NCBI GenBank assembly: GCA_016782885.1
Contig: JADHXQ010000007.1
Location: 2,313 to 66,312, forward strand
DNA: 64,000 nucleotides
Direction of reading: 5' to 3'
Origin: Phycisphaerae bacterium
Lineage (GTDB): Bacteria; Planctomycetota; Phycisphaerae; SM23-33
Position numbers and translations under genes: made by a program. Of the stretch, positions 60,962 to 64,000 are shown one piece after another. Below the pieces are notes generated by a model. The model had not been told where the DNA came from, made no database searches, and was given only the letters and a program-made list of their open reading frames with translations. The stretch's first letter is position 1. The number at the start of each line of letters is the position of its first letter.

Positions 60962-63900
60962 ATGAAACGAATCTGTGGAAGTTTGATCGTATGTCTCGCA
61001 GCGGTTCTCTGTTCGGCGGCGGAATTATCGCCCGAGGCGGCCCTGAAAGAATGCGGCGTAAAAGGCGGACTGGTGGTGCATCTCGGCTGCGGCGACGGAA
61101 AGTTGACCGTCGCGTTGCGAGCCAACAACAGCTACCTCGTTCACGGTTTGGACTCAGACGCCAGGAACATCGCCGCCGCCCGCGAGCGTGCCGCAGAGGC
61201 GAAGTTGGAGGGCAAGGTCACATTCGACGTGCTGCGGTCGGATTCGCTTCCGTACATCGATAACCTGGTGAACCTGATTGTGGCGGAGGATCTCGGTAAG
61301 ATATCGACCGCCGAGGCAATGCGCGCCCTCCGCCCCGGCGGCGTGCTATACGTCCGCAAAGGCGACAAGTGGACCGCGACAGTCAAACCCCGTCCAAAAG
61401 AGATCGATGAGTGGACTCACTTCCTGCACGGCCCGTCGGGTAATGCGGTGTCCAACGATACGGTTGTGGCCCCGCCGCGACACATGCAATGGCTGGCGGC
61501 GCCCATCTGGTCAAGAAACCACCACAAACTCGCCAGCATCTCTTCGATAGTCACCAAAGACGGGCGTCTGTTTTACATCATGGACTCCGGCACGTCGGCG
61601 AACATGAGCGTGGTGGGCAAGTGGTCGCTGGTCGCCCGCGACGCCTTCAACGGCGTGCGCCTCTGGAGCAAACCGATGTCCAACTGGGCCCACCAGGGAC
61701 ACGGGTTCAGGAACGGTCCGGTGCAACTGCCCCGTACTCTGGTGGTCGGTGCAAAGTGCGTTTACGCCCCGCTCGAGATGAGCGCAGCGGTCTCGGCGGT
61801 GGACGTGGTTACAGGCGAAGTTCGCCAAACGTACAAAGAAACCGCCGGCGCCGAGGAACTGCTGCTGATCGATGGAGTGCTTCTGGTCGTCAGCGGGGCT
61901 CCGCTGGCTGAGCAGGCGGGAATCGACCCGTCCATGAAGAGCGGCTTCAAGTTCCCCAACGTCAAGACGATCCGGGCAATCCGCGCCGAAACGGGCAAAC
62001 TGCTCTGGAAATGGTCCGACGCCGAAGCCGGAACCCTCATGCCCCTTACTCTCGCGGCTGCGGACAATCGCGTTTTCTTCGAGTCCGGAAGCAACACAGT
62101 ATGCCTGGACCTTAACAGCGGAAAGCAAATCTGGGCCACGGACCACACCAAAACCGTTAACGCCAACGAAAAGAAGAAGAAAGGCGGAAAGTCCAAAAAC
62201 CAAAGACGAATCGGCTGGTCCCTTGCAGCACTGACCGTAAGCGACGGCGTGGTGCTGCTCGCTGACGGTGGACGCATGCAGGCCTACTCATCCGCAGACG
62301 GTAAACCCCTCTGGCACAACCAGGCCCATCTCGGACTCTGCCGCTCTCCCTCTGAAATGTTCGTCATCGACTCGCTTGTCTGGCAGGGTCCGCACTTCAA
62401 GGAGGGACGCGATCTCCACACCGGTAAAATAAAAAAAGCCAACACCGCCACACAAGACATCTGGACCGCGGGACACCACCACCGCTGCTATCGCGAAAAA
62501 GCCACCTCCCGCTACATCCTGACCGGCTATCGCGGGATCGAATTCCTGGACATCGCCGGAAACAACCACACGCGGAACAACTGGATACGCGGAACATGCC
62601 AGTACGGTATAATGCCCGCCAACGGCCTGATCTACGCGCCGTCGCACGCCTGCGGTTGCTTCATGGAAGCCAAACTCCGCGGATTCTGGGCCGCGGCGCC
62701 CGAGCGGAAGCAAGCTCCGCCGACCCCCGCCCCGCAACTCCAGAAAGGCCCGGCGTACGGAAAGGTTTCAAAGATCCAAAACCCCAAATCGGATGATTGG
62801 CCTACTTATCGAGGTAATGTATTGCGGAGCGGTTCGACTCCCGCCAAACTGCCCGCGGCGCTGAAGAACGCATGGCGGACGGAAATCGGCGGGCGAATCA
62901 CTCCCCCGACAGTCGCCGGCGGTCTGGTTGTCGTCGCATCGATAGACACCCACCGCATCGTCGCTCTGGACGCCGCGGGCGGAAAGCAGAAATGGACATA
63001 CTCCGCCGGCGGGCGTGTCGATTCGCCGCCAACGATCCACAACGGGCTGGTCCTGTTCGGCTCGGCGGACGGATACGTTTACTGTCTCGCCGCCTTCGAC
63101 GGCCGGGAGGTCTGGCGATTCCGAGTCGCGCCCCGCGACCGCCGCACAATCGCACTGGACCAGATCGAATCGGTCTGGCCTGTGCATGGGAGCGTTCTGG
63201 TCGAAAACGGACTGGCCTACGCAACGGCCGGACGGTCGTCCTACCTCGACGGTGGGGTCTATATGGTCGCACTGGACCCTGCTACGGGCAAGAAGGTGCA
63301 TGAATCGGTCGTCCGCACCGGACACCCCAAGGTGCGAAACCGCGACGAGGCCGAAGCCGAAACCAAGATCAAGCGAAAAAGTTTCGTACAGAATGCCACC
63401 GACTACAAGACGTTCACGGATCCGGACCGGTCAGACGCGTTCTCCATGGGCGGAACCACCACCGACGTGCTCGTCAGCGACGGGATGTCGATCTACCTGC
63501 GGACCCTGCGGTTCGACCGCAGTTGCGCCCAGCAGCCCACCCACAATCGGCACATCTTCTCGACCAGCAGCCTGCTGGACGGCGCCGAAAACCACCGCTC
63601 GCACATCGCTCTCGGGACTGGCGACTTCGGCCGCACGACGGTTGCCTATTCGTGGATCGCCAACAAAGACAAGGGATCGTGGGGCGCCCGCCTGAGCGTA
63701 CCGTACGGACTGATGCTGAGCTACGACCCTGGATGCGTATGGGGCGTGAAGAGGCCCGGACGCCAGGGCAGCGGATACATTCTGTTCGCCCAGGAAAACA
63801 CGCCATTCTCGCCCGACGACAAACACATGCCGGACTTCCGCCCGCAGAACAACACAACCACCCCGCCGCAAAAATGGTCCGCGAGACTACCGCTCCGCCC

Positions 63901-64000
63901 CCGTGCAATGCTGCGGGCCGGAGATATGCTCTTCCTGGCCGGCGTTCCGGAAACACCGACACCCGGCGACCCGCATGCGACCTTCGAAGGGCGGGCCGGG
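60962..64000 (+). CDS. Large secreted protein (more than 1013 aa, 3' end off window): SAM-methyltransferase-like N-terminal domain followed by many PQQ-like beta-propeller repeats. Long paralog of 53892..55133.
   Basis: AAGGAAGG Shine-Dalgarno, and ATG at 60962 in frame 2. That frame is absent from the ORF track because it has no stop before the window end. Signal peptide, MTase-like motif I (GGLVVHLGCGDGKLTVAL), and PQQ blades (GGLVVVASIDTHRIVALDAAGGKQKWTY, LVLFGSADGYVYCLAAFDGREVWRF). Confidence 0.7.
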   Translation, partial: MKRICGSLIVCLAAVLCSAAELSPEAALKECGVKGGLVVHLGCGDGKLTVALRANNSYLVHGLDSDARNIAAARERAAEAKLEGKVTFDVLRSDSLPYIDNLVNLIVAEDLGKISTAEAMRALRPGGVLYVRKGDKWTATVKPRPKEIDEWTHFLHGPSGNAVSNDTVVAPPRHMQWLAAPIWSRNHHKLASISSIVTKDGRLFYIMDSGTSANMSVVGKWSLVARDAFNGVRLWSKPMSNWAHQGHGFRNGPVQLPRTLVVGAKCVYAPLEMSAAVSAVDVVTGEVRQTYKETAGAEELLLIDGVLLVVSGAPLAEQAGIDPSMKSGFKFPNVKTIRAIRAETGKLLWKWSDAEAGTLMPLTLAAADNRVFFESGSNTVCLDLNSGKQIWATDHTKTVNANEKKKKGGKSKNQRRIGWSLAALTVSDGVVLLADGGRMQAYSSADGKPLWHNQAHLGLCRSPSEMFVIDSLVWQGPHFKEGRDLHTGKIKKANTATQDIWTAGHHHRCYREKATSRYILTGYRGIEFLDIAGNNHTRNNWIRGTCQYGIMPANGLIYAPSHACGCFMEAKLRGFWAAAPERKQAPPTPAPQLQKGPAYGKVSKIQNPKSDDWPTYRGNVLRSGSTPAKLPAALKNAWRTEIGGRITPPTVAGGLVVVASIDTHRIVALDAAGGKQKWTYSAGGRVDSPPTIHNGLVLFGSADGYVYCLAAFDGREVWRFRVAPRDRRTIALDQIESVWPVHGSVLVENGLAYATAGRSSYLDGGVYMVALDPATGKKVHESVVRTGHPKVRNRDEAEAETKIKRKSFVQNATDYKTFTDPDRSDAFSMGGTTTDVLVSDGMSIYLRTLRFDRSCAQQPTHNRHIFSTSSLLDGAENHRSHIALGTGDFGRTTVAYSWIANKDKGSWGARLSVPYGLMLSYDPGCVWGVKRPGRQGSGYILFAQENTPFSPDDKHMPDFRPQNNTTTPPQKWSARLPLRPRAMLRAGDMLFLAGVPETPTPGDPHATFEGRAG

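Overview
This 64 kb window is a GC-rich (~60%) chromosomal segment that looks like a PVC-superphylum genome (Planctomycetota / Verrucomicrobiota-like). Signs of this are many TAT and Sec signal peptides, two Cys-type sulfatases, a DUF1549/DUF1553 + DUF1501 gene pair, a PEP-CTERM protein, strong AAGGAG ribosome-binding sites and many secreted carbohydrate-active enzymes. All domain calls come from reading motifs in the supplied translations; no database search was possible.

Layout, left to right:
- 1-7.8 kb: a DUF1549/DUF1553 gene that runs off the 5' edge and carries a ~2 kb Ala/Lys-rich in-frame tandem-repeat region, then a DUF1501 gene, then a secreted zinc-ribbon/PPC-domain protein.
- 7.9-19 kb: a nitrogen-assimilation regulon. 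A sigma-54 activator with an N-terminal GAF domain sits divergent from amtB-glnK-(outer-membrane beta-barrel), and gltB-gltD follow. Two candidate sigma-54 -24/-12 promoters are visible.
- 19-22 kb: a TAT-exported FAD oxidoreductase and a TIM-barrel glycoside-hydrolase-like gene.
- 22.2-26.6 kb: an apparent acquired island. It holds a 907-aa leucine-rich-repeat lipoprotein and a 3'-truncated integron-type integrase, bounded by ~80 bp imperfect direct repeats that duplicate the promoter and signal-peptide start of the downstream gene.
- 26.5-45 kb: periplasmic sugar-metabolism genes (hydrolase, xylose-isomerase-like TIM barrel, lactonase, sulfatase, GH2 beta-galactosidase with a LamG insert, a Na+/solute symporter, GH43). 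Within this stretch a DUF4143 AAA ATPase gene lies between a secreted gene and a ~570 bp diverged duplicate of that gene's 3' end.
- 45-55 kb: secreted HExxH metallopeptidase, a polysaccharide-lyase-like protein, PQQ-type and FG-GAP beta-propeller proteins.
- 55-64 kb: a PEP-CTERM protein behind a consensus sigma-70 promoter with a ~270-nt leader, an ATGA-coupled pair of a TAT-exported aldo/keto reductase and an NrfH/NapC-like tetraheme cytochrome c, a PhoD phosphatase, a sulfatase, and a long methyltransferase-like/PQQ-propeller ORF that runs off the 3' edge.

No rRNA, tRNA or CRISPR arrays were recognised.
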